From Candidatus Peregrinibacteria bacterium (GTDB lineage: Bacteria > Patescibacteriota > Gracilibacteria > UBA1369), in the NCBI GenBank assembly GCA_963708185.1, contig OY970195.1, positions 512,001-576,000 of the forward strand: DNA of 64,000 nt. Reading direction: 5' to 3'. The notes under the pieces were generated by a model that was given only the letters and a program-made list of their open reading frames with translations, did not search any database and was not told the DNA's origin. The position numbers and the translations under genes are program-made. How positions within the stretch are numbered: position 1 is the first letter of the stretch; every line of letters starts with the position of its first letter. This document shows positions 31,435 to 40,997 of the stretch, one piece after another.

Positions 31435-32422
31435 AGCCGTCCAGAAGGATTCTACCCAGGAAGCCGAAAACACCCTTCGTCCCCAGAAAATCGAAGACTA
31501 CATCGGCCAGGATGAGATCAAAAAGAATCTGAAGATCTTTATTCACGCTGCCCAAAAACGCGGTGAATCTTTGGAACACGTGCTTCTGCACGGGCCTCCG
31601 GGTCTGGGGAAAACGACCCTGGCGCACATCATCGCGCATGAAATGGGCGTCAACATTCGCGTAACGTCCGGTCCTGCCTTGGAAAAACAGGGCGACGTGG
31701 CTTCGATCATCACCAACCTTCGCGACGGCGATATCCTTTTTATCGATGAGATCCACCGCCTGAAACCGGTCGTGGAGGAGGTTTTGTATACGGCGATGGA
31801 AGATTTTGGGATAGATTTGATCATCGGCAAGGGGCCGTCAGCCAGATCGATGCGTTTGAAACTTCCAAAGTTCACCCTCATCGGCGCGACGACGAAGATG
31901 AGTATGCTTTCTTCCCCGCTGCGCGACCGTTTCGGGTCGCTCTACCATCTGGACTTTTATACGCATGAGGACATCGAAAAAATCATCCTGCGTTCCGGAA
32001 AAATTCTTGAAATTAACATTGACGACGAAGCCGCTGCGCGGCTGGCGAGGTCCACCAGGCAGACACCGCGCATCGCCAACCGGCTCCTGCGACGCGTCCG
32101 CGATTTTGCCGACGTCCATGGAAGAACGCGCATTGATTTGCAGACTGTGGAGGAAACGCTGGCGACTTTGCGTGTTGATGACCTCGGTCTGGATAAAACC
32201 GACCGCGAAATTTTGAGAACGATCATCGAAAAGTTCCAGGGAGGCCCGGTGGGTTTGAACACTATTGCGGCCGCAACTTCAGAGGAAGAAGACACCGTGG
32301 AAAGCGTCTACGAACCTTTTCTTTTAAAGCTCGGTTTCCTGGAGCGTACGCCTCGCGGCCGCATGGTGACCCGCAGAGGTTATGAGCATCTCGGCATCGT
32401 TTATCAGGAAAGCAGAGATTAG
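31373..32422 (+). CDS. ruvB: Holliday junction branch migration helicase RuvB
   Basis: LRP....[51 protein letters not shown]. Confidence 0.97.
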   Translation: MIERTRKKAKRLVSAEAGNDEAVQKDSTQEAENTLRPQKIEDYIGQDEIKKNLKIFIHAAQKRGESLEHVLLHGPPGLGKTTLAHIIAHEMGVNIRVTSGPALEKQGDVASIITNLRDGDILFIDEIHRLKPVVEEVLYTAMEDFGIDLIIGKGPSARSMRLKLPKFTLIGATTKMSMLSSPLRDRFGSLYHLDFYTHEDIEKIILRSGKILEINIDDEAAARLARSTRQTPRIANRLLRRVRDFADVHGRTRIDLQTVEETLATLRVDDLGLDKTDREILRTIIEKFQGGPVGLNTIAAATSEEEDTVESVYEPFLLKLGFLERTPRGRMVTRRGYEHLGIVYQESRD

Positions 32423-32509
32423 TTTTTGCGAGAAAAGAAACAAGCTTAAAGTCAACTTGTTCTTTTTGAGTGATCCCCTAGAATAAAGATATTCATTAAT
32501 TTTGACGTT

Positions 32510-34000
32510 ATGAAGAATTATCAGAAACTTTTTCCCGCGCTGATACTGGTTTCATTGTTGACGGTTTCAAGTTTGAGTGGATGTTCATTCTCACAAAATC
32601 AACCAAAGGATCAAGGCAACATTGATCAGATACCCCTCGACCGGAGGATCGGAGTGCTGCAATCCCTGGGAGGCGTGGCCACCAACAATCAGGGGACGGA
32701 TCTTTTGACGATGGATGACGGAACGACAATGCTGCTCAAGAGCGCGGCCATCAATCTCGATGACGCCAAATACGTCGGCAGAAAAGTCGAAGTCAGCGGT
32801 GTCATTACCTACACCACCGACAGTAAACAGATCATGGAGGTTCAAAGCATCGACGTACTCGCCGAAACGGCCGTTGCTCCGCCGACCCAACAACAGGCTC
32901 CGACCTGGCGCGATTACGTCAACGCAGGACTCGGCTTCCAGGTGAAGTATCGCGACGATTTCTCCGTTGATGAAAGCAATAACGTCATCACCTTCACCAG
33001 ACCCGTCAGTTCCGACGCCCACATCATGACGACCCAGGAAGTTGTTCCTACAACGATGGAAATGACACAGGCCCACATGATCAGCATCTCGGTTCAATCA
33101 CACGGGACTAATGAAACTCTGGCAAAAGACTTTCTCAATCTTTCCGATAGCCAACCAGCTACGTTGCTTGCCGCCGGATACAGCCAAAGCAAGATCGGTC
33201 TTGATGGGGTTGATGCCTACAAAAAGCTTACTTCCGATGGCGTCGTTTTTTCCTTCGATGACGGTGTGAGGTTTTACCAGGTCAGTTATCAGGGAGGAAA
33301 CGATTCGCAGTCCATCGACGACCAGAATGTGTTCTACGATTTCCTTGCTACTTTTCAGCTTTTAAATGGTTCTTCTTCAACGCAACAGGCTGTGGTTCCG
33401 AGCACCTACATTCCTTCCGTCCAGAGCCCTGCGCCATCGACTCCGACGTTGACCGTTCCAACAACCGCTACGACCGACACTTCACCGTCGAACGATTCGA
33501 TCAGTTCGGCCATGCAGTCTTCGAGCGAGGATTTTTCCTCATCAACTTCAGCGACGAACGATACGTCGACCTCAAATGACACATCGACATCAAATGATGC
33601 TTCAACGACCGTCCCACAGGTCAGTGACAGCAGCACCCAGGAACTTCTTCCGGGATACAGCTCCTTCACGAGCACCGGCTACAAGTTCACCGTCCAGTAT
33701 CCAAAGAGCTGGTACTACGGCCAGACCCAAGCCGAAGAAAGCGACGTCATCCGCCGCTATAACTTCGGATCACAGCCAATCGATGAACAAGCGGGCGACG
33801 TGAATATCGATATCGTTTCGGGGGGAGTCCCTTCAGGATCTTCCACCACCGTCGGTGACAAGTCTGTGGTAAAAACCAGCAGCGGAGGGACCGTTTCCTA
33901 TTATTATCAGGACGCGAACGGGCGTGTGTACCGCGTGAGCGGACCGGCAAGTGCGGACGCTTCCCTTCAAACAATGGTTCAGACTCTTCAGGAACAATAA
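32510..34000 (+). CDS. Putative lipoprotein with PsbP-like domains and Ser/Thr-rich linker
   Basis: Lipobox LSGC; 'W..Y.N...GF.VKY' and 'F.S..YKF.VQYP..W' PsbP-like starts. Confidence 0.7.
   Translation: MKNYQKLFPALILVSLLTVSSLSGCSFSQNQPKDQGNIDQIPLDRRIGVLQSLGGVATNNQGTDLLTMDDGTTMLLKSAAINLDDAKYVGRKVEVSGVITYTTDSKQIMEVQSIDVLAETAVAPPTQQQAPTWRDYVNAGLGFQVKYRDDFSVDESNNVITFTRPVSSDAHIMTTQEVVPTTMEMTQAHMISISVQSHGTNETLAKDFLNLSDSQPATLLAAGYSQSKIGLDGVDAYKKLTSDGVVFSFDDGVRFYQVSYQGGNDSQSIDDQNVFYDFLATFQLLNGSSSTQQAVVPSTYIPSVQSPAPSTPTLTVPTTATTDTSPSNDSISSAMQSSSEDFSSSTSATNDTSTSNDTSTSNDASTTVPQVSDSSTQELLPGYSSFTSTGYKFTVQYPKSWYYGQTQAEESDVIRRYNFGSQPIDEQAGDVNIDIVSGGVPSGSSTTVGDKSVVKTSSGGTVSYYYQDANGRVYRVSGPASADASLQTMVQTLQEQ
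33554..33607 (+). repeat. Three imperfect 18-bp coding repeats (T/S-N-D-T/A-S-T)
   Basis: acgaacgatacgtcgacc / tcaaatgacacatcgaca / tcaaatgatgcttcaacg. Confidence 0.7.
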
Positions 34001-34070
34001 TTTTGTTCACAATACAATTTTTCGCTTATTTCGCAGCAGTAATTGAGCGTGTATTCTTGACTTTTTTTCA

Positions 34071-34097
34071 TTAGCACTCTAATATTGTAAGTGCTAA
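34071..34097 (+). promoter_or_regulatory. CIRCE operator (HrcA site) overlapping the clpC promoter
   Basis: TTAGCACTC-N9-aAGTGCTAA, 1 mismatch to consensus; TTGACT at 34057, 17-nt spacer, TAATAT at 34080. Confidence 0.9.
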
Positions 34098-34220
34098 TGT
34101 TACACATACCATATTTTTTTATACGTAAACACCAATTCGCAGAACAAAGTTCAAAATAGCTCTTTCTTATGCTAGAATAATTGGAAAACAACAAAAAATC
34201 TTAACAAACCCAATACAACT

Positions 34221-36887
34221 ATGAATGATAACCGATTCGAAAAGTTCACAAAAGAGGCGAAACAGGCGCTTGTTGTAGCGCAGGAAAAGGCAAGGGACTC
34301 CCAATTGAACTATGTAGGAACCGAGCATGTCCTTCTTGGTATCTTAAGCCAGGAGAATTCGCTCGGTGCTTCGATTTTGACCAGCTTCGGCGTTTCGCTT
34401 GAAAACGTGAACCTGGTTTTGAAGACCGTCGGTCGAATGACTCCGGTCAGCAACTCCTCCCAGAAAGGATGGGGCGGATTGAGCGGATTTGCCAAGAAGG
34501 TTATTGAAGACGCTGTCCGGGCGGCTCATGAGTTCAACCACTCCTATGTGGGAACCGAGCATTTGCTCTACGCACTCGTCTGCCAGGAAAATACGGCGGC
34601 GACCGTCATCCTGGAAAACATGAAGATCAACCCGCAGGACATCAAAGAACAACTTATCCAGACATTTGAAAAAGCCAAAGAGGCACATCGTGCCAATGCC
34701 GCCAACGGCGGTCAGGCCATGAACCCTCAAATGATGAATCCGATCGAATTTTTCCTGAGCGGACTTCACGGGGTACTCGTCGGCAACATGGAAAAAGAAC
34801 AGAATGCCTATCAGAAAACCCAGAAACAGGATCAAAAGGAAGAAAAACCCACCAAGACCCCGGCATTGGACTACTTTACGAGCGACCTGGTCGCCGAATG
34901 CCGCAACGGCAAACTCGGTCCGGTCATCGGCCGCAGCAAGGAGATCGATCGTGCCATCAGCATCCTCTGCCGCAAGACCAAGAACAATCCCGTCCTCATC
35001 GGTGAACCGGGCGTCGGGAAAACAGCGATCGCCGAAGGCCTCGCCCATGCCATCGTCAATGAACAGGTCCCAGACCATATGCTCGACAAGCGCATTCTTT
35101 CGCTTTCGATGAGTTCCGTGGTCGCAGGAACCAAATACCGCGGTGAGTTCGAAGAACGCATCAAGCAGATCATCGACGAGGCGGCTTCCGTCCATAACGT
35201 GATTCTCTTCATCGATGAACTCCACACCGTGATCGGTGCCGGCTCAGCCGAAGGAAGCCTCGACGCCGCCAACATCCTCAAGCCGGCGCTTTCACGCGGC
35301 CGCATCCAGGTCATAGGCGCCACGACGCTTTCAGAATACCGGAAGCATATTGAAACCGACGCCGCACTGGAACGCCGCTTCCAGCCGGTCAAGGTCGACG
35401 AACCGACCGAAGAAGATTCCCTCAAGATTCTTGAAGGTCTCCGCACCAGTTTCGAAGACCACCACAATCTGCTCATTACCGATGAAGCGTTGAAGGCAGC
35501 CGTTTCCCTTTCCAAACGCTACATCAACGACCGCTTCCTGCCCGACAAGGCCATCGATCTCATGGATGAAGCTTCTTCGGTCCGGCGCATCAAGAGCAAG
35601 GTCAATACGGATAAGATCCGCAAACTGCAGAAAGAACTCAGCAAAATCATCAAGTCCAAGGAGGAGTCCGTCGCGGCCCAGGATTACGAACACGCCGCCG
35701 AACTCCGCAACCGTGAACTTGAGCTGCTCAATGAGATCGAAGCGAGCAAGATCGTCAAAATCCCACGCGAGAAACGCGAAAAGGTGAATGAAGACGATAT
35801 CGCACGCATTGTTTCCCAGATGACGGGGGTTCCGGTGACACGCCTCGTCAAAGAAGATGTCCAGAACCTCATGAAGCTTGAAGACGCCTTGAAGAAACGT
35901 ATCGTTGGTCAGGACGACGCCGTGATTGCCGTTTCCAAAGCCATCCGCCGCGCCCGCGCCGGATTCAGCGACGTCAACAGACCGATCGGTTCATTCATTT
36001 TCCTCGGTCCCACCGGTGTCGGAAAAACCGAACTCGTCAAAGCTCTTGCCGAAGAAGTGTTCGGCGACAAGAACGCGCTCATCCGCATTGACATGAGTGA
36101 GTTCATGGAAAGACACAACACTTCACGTCTCGTCGGCGCCACCGCCGGCTACGTCGGCTATGAAGAAGGCGGCCAGCTCACCGAAGCCGTCCGCAGAAAA
36201 CCTTATTCCGTCATACTCTTCGATGAAATCGAAAAAGCTCATCCGGACGTCTTCAACCTGCTGCTGCAGATTCTTGAGGACGGCAAACTGACGGACAGCA
36301 AAGGCCGTTCCGTCGACTTCAAAAATACCATCATCGTCATGACGTCGAACATCGGCGCCAAGAAACTCACCGACAAGGCCGCCCCCATCGGGTTCAACGT
36401 CAGCGATAAGGACCTCGATAAGGCCGAAGAGAGATACAACCACGCCAAGGAGACCATTCTTGATGACCTCAAGGAGTATTTCCGTCCGGAATTCCTCAAC
36501 CGTATCGACAAGATCATCGTCTTCAACGCGCTCACCCATGAGATGATCAAAGAGATCGTCAAACTTCAGATCTCTTACCTCCAGGACCGCATCAAGGGCA
36601 AGGACATCAAGATCGACCTTACGTCTGCGGCGCTTGAGGCTCTCGCCAACTTGAGCTATGACCGCCAGTTCGGAGCACGTCTGGTACGACGCAAAGTCCA
36701 GGAAACAGTGGAAGATCCGCTGACGACGCGCTATCTTGAAGGAGAGTTCAAGGAAGGCGATACCGTCCAGATCGCCCAGAAAGATGAAGGGATCGAACTC
36801 AAAAAGACCACCCCTTCCGTCCTGGAAACGGGCAAAGCGACAAAACCTAAAAAAAGGACGAGAAAAACCACGAAATCCTCGTCCTGA
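34221..36887 (+). CDS. clpC: ATP-dependent Clp protease ATPase subunit, ClpC-type
   Basis: Two Clp-N repeats (GTEH.L), GEPGVGKT, UVR-type QDYEHAAELR, GPTGVGKT, IGF ClpP-docking loop. Confidence 0.92.
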   Translation: MNDNRFEKFTKEAKQALVVAQEKARDSQLNYVGTEHVLLGILSQENSLGASILTSFGVSLENVNLVLKTVGRMTPVSNSSQKGWGGLSGFAKKVIEDAVRAAHEFNHSYVGTEHLLYALVCQENTAATVILENMKINPQDIKEQLIQTFEKAKEAHRANAANGGQAMNPQMMNPIEFFLSGLHGVLVGNMEKEQNAYQKTQKQDQKEEKPTKTPALDYFTSDLVAECRNGKLGPVIGRSKEIDRAISILCRKTKNNPVLIGEPGVGKTAIAEGLAHAIVNEQVPDHMLDKRILSLSMSSVVAGTKYRGEFEERIKQIIDEAASVHNVILFIDELHTVIGAGSAEGSLDAANILKPALSRGRIQVIGATTLSEYRKHIETDAALERRFQPVKVDEPTEEDSLKILEGLRTSFEDHHNLLITDEALKAAVSLSKRYINDRFLPDKAIDLMDEASSVRRIKSKVNTDKIRKLQKELSKIIKSKEESVAAQDYEHAAELRNRELELLNEIEASKIVKIPREKREKVNEDDIARIVSQMTGVPVTRLVKEDVQNLMKLEDALKKRIVGQDDAVIAVSKAIRRARAGFSDVNRPIGSFIFLGPTGVGKTELVKALAEEVFGDKNALIRIDMSEFMERHNTSRLVGATAGYVGYEEGGQLTEAVRRKPYSVILFDEIEKAHPDVFNLLLQILEDGKLTDSKGRSVDFKNTIIVMTSNIGAKKLTDKAAPIGFNVSDKDLDKAEERYNHAKETILDDLKEYFRPEFLNRIDKIIVFNALTHEMIKEIVKLQISYLQDRIKGKDIKIDLTSAALEALANLSYDRQFGARLVRRKVQETVEDPLTTRYLEGEFKEGDTVQIAQKDEGIELKKTTPSVLETGKATKPKKRTRKTTKSSS

Positions 36888-36892
36888 GAATA

Positions 36893-36921
36893 TTGACAAA
36901 GAATCCGGGAACCCTTACAAT
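36893..36921 (+). promoter_or_regulatory. Sigma70 promoter for rpsA
   Basis: TTGACA-17 nt-TACAAT. Confidence 0.8.
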
Positions 36922-37016
36922 GCTTAGGCTTTTGTAAGGGCTTTTCTCAAAATCCCCAGCGAAGTCGGCCCCGCAGAAGCTTTATTTTCTAAGACTTTGC
37001 TGCGGTGTATTCATTT

Positions 37017-38309
37017 ATGCCAGCAACCCAGACCAGTTCCGGGAGTCTCATGGAGCAGCTGTTGAAAAACGCTCCGGACATTACCGCCCCAAAACCAGGT
37101 ACCCTGGTGGACGGAAAGGTTATCAGTATCTATAAGAACAAGGTTCTTGTGGATATTAACGGTGTCATGACCGGTATCATTTCCGGCCGCGAAGCCCGTG
37201 ACAGCCTCGATACACTCAAGAAGATCAAGGTTGGAGATACCATTTCCGCTTTCGTACTCGATGAAGAGGATGATGAAGGTTATATCGTACTTTCACTCCG
37301 CAAGGCCAGCCAGGAAAAGACCTGGAAGCGTTTTGAAGAGGCTTTTGAACGAGGCGATGTCATTACCGTTACCGCCAATGAAGCCAACAAAGGTGGTCTT
37401 CTGCTTGAAATCGACGGTATCAAAGGATTTATTCCGGTTTCTCAGCTTGCTCCTCTGCACTATCCACGCGTGAACGGCGCCGACACCAACATGATTTTAC
37501 AACGTCTTCAGCAGCTCGTCGGAACCAAGTTCCTCGTCAAGATCATCAACATCGATAAAGAGAACGGCAAACTGATCCTTTCCGAAAAAGCCGCCATGGA
37601 AGAACAGCGCAAGGTCGCTCTGGGAAGCCTGAAGGTCGGTCAGAAGGTCAAAGGTAAGATCAGCGGCATCGTCAAGTTCGGTATCTTCGTGGCCTTTGAC
37701 GGCCTTGAAGGTCTCGTCCATATTTCAGAAATCGCCTGGGGCCACGTGAAAGATCCTGCTGATTACGGCAAACTCGGCGACGACGTCGAAGTGCTCGTCA
37801 TCGGCATTGAAGGAGAAAAGATTTCCCTCTCCATGAAGAGACTCGTTGAAGATCCATGGCTCGAAGCAGCCAAAGCGTTCAAGATCGGCGACGTCATTGA
37901 AGGAGAGATCAACCGCCTCACTCCGTTCGGCGCGTTCATCAAACTCGGTGACGATATCAACGGCCTGATCCATCTGACCGAAATCACCGCTGACCCGATC
38001 AAAGATCCTGGTGAAGTGCTGAAGATCGGTGAAAAGGTCAAAGCCAAGGTCATTACCATTGAACCGACCGAACACCGCATCGGACTTTCCATCAAGGCTT
38101 TGAGTGAAGAACCGAAGAAGAAGATCAAGAAAGAAGCCGAAGAGGAAGCCAAGGCAGAGGAAGAAGAAAAAGCCAAGAAGAAGGCCAAGAAAACTGTAAA
38201 GGAAGAACCGGCCGAAGAGGAAGCGACAGAGGCGAAGAAAGAAAAGAAGGAGAAGAAAGAGAAGGCTGAAGCCGCGGAAGACGAAGCTCCGAAGAAAAAG
38301 AAAAAATAG
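37017..38309 (+). CDS. rpsA: 30S ribosomal protein S1 (4 S1 domains + K/E-rich tail)
   Basis: NKGGL..GFIPVSQL, FGIFV..GLVHISEI.W, FGAFI..GLIH..EI. Confidence 0.9.
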   Translation: MPATQTSSGSLMEQLLKNAPDITAPKPGTLVDGKVISIYKNKVLVDINGVMTGIISGREARDSLDTLKKIKVGDTISAFVLDEEDDEGYIVLSLRKASQEKTWKRFEEAFERGDVITVTANEANKGGLLLEIDGIKGFIPVSQLAPLHYPRVNGADTNMILQRLQQLVGTKFLVKIINIDKENGKLILSEKAAMEEQRKVALGSLKVGQKVKGKISGIVKFGIFVAFDGLEGLVHISEIAWGHVKDPADYGKLGDDVEVLVIGIEGEKISLSMKRLVEDPWLEAAKAFKIGDVIEGEINRLTPFGAFIKLGDDINGLIHLTEITADPIKDPGEVLKIGEKVKAKVITIEPTEHRIGLSIKALSEEPKKKIKKEAEEEAKAEEEEKAKKKAKKTVKEEPAEEEATEAKKEKKEKKEKAEAAEDEAPKKKKK

Positions 38310-38350
38310 TCCGGAACAGTAAGGAAGATCCGGCCGAAATTGAAGTCATT

Positions 38351-38379
38351 AAAAGCCCCGCCTGCGGCGGGGCTTTTTT
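38351..38379. terminator. Bidirectional Rho-independent terminator
   Basis: AAAAGCCCCGCC-tgc-GGCGGGGCTTTTTT between convergent genes. Confidence 0.9.
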
Positions 38380-38398
38380 GTCATATCAAATTTCATTA

Positions 38399-40993
38399 TC
38401 AGGTCGTTTTGTCGTCGGATTGTGGATTTTTGGGTTCACCTACGACCGAAGCGATGATCCTGGCGTTGGTCGTTTTGTCGAAATGAAGATGGTCCGGTTT
38501 CTTTTTGCTGAGATCGTACTTATTGTCCATCTTGTCGGGGTCCGACGGATCGGCAAGGATTTCGTCGTAGGGAATGATGACGTCGGGAATGCCGTTTGCG
38601 TCGTGTGATTCCCGGATCATTTTGTTGATCTGTTTGCGTGTTTCGTTGAATTTTTCATAATTTGCACCAAAATATTCCCACCCCTTGAAGGGAGCAAGCG
38701 TTCCCGCGTAGATTTTGAGACCGTGTTTTTTACCGATCTCCCAGATCTGCTGCAGCGCGTTGAAAATACTTTCGGCACCGGCGCCGATTCCGTTCACTCC
38801 CGCAGTCACGACCATGTTTTTCATCTTGTCGATTTTTCCTGTTGCCTCATAGGCTTTTACCTTGGCAAGGAGCGCCGGTGCGCTTATGCCAACCTCGGCG
38901 ACATTATCCAAATCCCCGTCAACATTGATGGTTTCACGGTTAAAGGCGTTCACGGTGTTCGAGTCGCCGACAAATAGTGTTGATCCGTGAATGACGTATT
39001 CTGAAGCCTCCCTGTTTTCGAAAGGAGTTTTTTTCTGTTCGGGAGCCTGGGGAAGAGGCTGCGGTTTGTTTTCCGGGGGTGCCGGAGGCGCTTCGGGAGT
39101 CGGAAGCGGATAGTTTCCAGGGGCTGGTGGCATTTCTTCCCCGCCGCCTCCATAACTCGGAGCAGGCATCCCCCCACTGTACGAAGCCGCCGGGGCAAAC
39201 CCTCCCCCACCCGCATGATGATGCGGAGGAGCCGGCGGAAGCTCTTCTCCCTGCTGGGGAAGCTGAGGTCCCGTCGATGGTGCAAAAGGAAGCGCCTGGG
39301 GTTGGTTCGGAATGGCTGACGTCTCATTCCCGCTTTCTCCCTGAACCATGACGCCGACTCCCGGATGATCGACCGGCGCGCTGGAGTCCGGGCCGTGGAT
39401 TTGGAACTGTGCAAGGTATTTTTTCCCGTTGTATTCAAAAGGGACGATATCTCCGACTTTATACTGATCGCGGTGTTTCAGGAAATATCCCAGCATGACG
39501 TAAGCGAACGGGCCAATGACCTCTCCCCCGCTGGGTTTGTAGCCCTGCGTGTTTTCAACGCGGGATTCGTTGTTGAAGTCCATTTTCATCTGGTACTTGG
39601 TTCCCTTGAACTCCATAACCGCGATGTTGCCTTCGTCGGTATCGACGAAACGTACATGCCCGCCCGGTGCTCCGTGGGCAATGTTGTAATCGTACTCTTC
39701 GTTGGTTTTTCCTTTTTCAAGCTTATCATCGGAAACCGCGCTGAAAACCGGTGTCTGCGCGACTTCTTCCGGCTTGGAGGGTTTTTCTTCCGGTTCGCTC
39801 GGCGCTCCGGACATTTTGCGGATCGCGGCTACGCGCTCCTTCATCCAATCGGCATATTGATATTTATTTTCTTTCGGCAGTTGTCGAAAACCGAATGAAC
39901 CGGCAAGATCGGAATCCGACAGAACGTCCTGGAGTTTGACCGGCTTGCCGTCAAGGTAGACGACGCTCGATGTCAACTGGACGCTCTGGCTGTAATCGTC
40001 GTGATAAATGTCGTGCCCGACGCCCATGGGCTGGACAGTATTACCGTTGGCATAAATGCCGCCGTAGATTTCCAATCTGCTGCGAGCTTTTGTCTCCGGC
40101 TCCTGCTGGATGACCTGTTTGTAATATCCATACACGGATTTGTTGAAATCTATGCCGTGTTCCTGCGCATATTGGCGCGCCTTGTTATTATGAATTTCAA
40201 TGAACTGCGCTGACCGCATGTGTGCAGCATCTTCCCTGTTGAACACCTGTGGCGAAAACGGGATGAACTGTCCGCTTTTCTGGGCGTCTTCGTACATGCG
40301 ATCCACCATCCATTGGTTGGGAATGCTCGTTCCTGTGGCGTCGGCGATGGCCTGGGCCATGGGGCCGTTCATTGGAAACTCCATCGGATCGTCATCGGGG
40401 CCCAGACGAAACCCGCTCGGCGCAGCATACCATTCGAGTTTCCTGCCGTTCTTTTCTACGCTGACCTTATGGAAACCCTTGCGGTAGTTGTCGGGAACGT
40501 TGCCTTTGGCGAGCTGGTCAAGAATGAGCTGCTGGCGTTCCTCGTTGGATTTGCAATGTTCGAAAGCATCGCGGAGTTCTTTTCCGCTCATGGCGTCCTT
40601 GGCGCGTTCCGGAATGTGCGGACCGATTTTCGGTTTTTCTTTCTTCTCCTTCTTTTCTTTTTTTTCTTTGTCCCCTCCGTCCTCTTTATCTTCGCCGGGT
40701 TTTTTCTCCGGTTCACCCAGCTGGGCGCGGAGCGCCGAAAGGTCGCTTTTTGCTCCCGCAACAACCTCTTTGCGTTTCTCGCGGTTGGCTCTGGCTTTTT
40801 CCAGCGCTTCCGCACTTTCTTCGTCTGACATTTTCTCTCCGACGTTGATAAGCGAAATGCGTTTTTTTTGAGGCTCGTTTTTGGAATTTTCTTTTGGCGT
40901 TTCCTGGTTATGAAAAACATGTTTTCCGCGGGAGCCGCGGAAAGTTCCGTTTTGCAGATTCAGACAGGTTGTGAGGTAGATGAATTTTTTCAT
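38399..40993 (-). CDS. Multidomain protein: charged N-terminus, uncharacterised globular domain(s), Pro-rich linker, C-terminal SGNH/GDSL hydrolase
   Basis: FVGDSNT, AGVNG, PDHLHF SGNH blocks at C-terminus. Confidence 0.75.
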   Translation of the reverse strand: MKKFIYLTTCLNLQNGTFRGSRGKHVFHNQETPKENSKNEPQKKRISLINVGEKMSDEESAEALEKARANREKRKEVVAGAKSDLSALRAQLGEPEKKPGEDKEDGGDKEKKEKKEKKEKPKIGPHIPERAKDAMSGKELRDAFEHCKSNEERQQLILDQLAKGNVPDNYRKGFHKVSVEKNGRKLEWYAAPSGFRLGPDDDPMEFPMNGPMAQAIADATGTSIPNQWMVDRMYEDAQKSGQFIPFSPQVFNREDAAHMRSAQFIEIHNNKARQYAQEHGIDFNKSVYGYYKQVIQQEPETKARSRLEIYGGIYANGNTVQPMGVGHDIYHDDYSQSVQLTSSVVYLDGKPVKLQDVLSDSDLAGSFGFRQLPKENKYQYADWMKERVAAIRKMSGAPSEPEEKPSKPEEVAQTPVFSAVSDDKLEKGKTNEEYDYNIAHGAPGGHVRFVDTDEGNIAVMEFKGTKYQMKMDFNNESRVENTQGYKPSGGEVIGPFAYVMLGYFLKHRDQYKVGDIVPFEYNGKKYLAQFQIHGPDSSAPVDHPGVGVMVQGESGNETSAIPNQPQALPFAPSTGPQLPQQGEELPPAPPHHHAGGGGFAPAASYSGGMPAPSYGGGGEEMPPAPGNYPLPTPEAPPAPPENKPQPLPQAPEQKKTPFENREASEYVIHGSTLFVGDSNTVNAFNRETINVDGDLDNVAEVGISAPALLAKVKAYEATGKIDKMKNMVVTAGVNGIGAGAESIFNALQQIWEIGKKHGLKIYAGTLAPFKGWEYFGANYEKFNETRKQINKMIRESHDANGIPDVIIPYDEILADPSDPDKMDNKYDLSKKKPDHLHFDKTTNARIIASVVGEPKNPQSDDKTT

Positions 40994-40997
40994 GATG

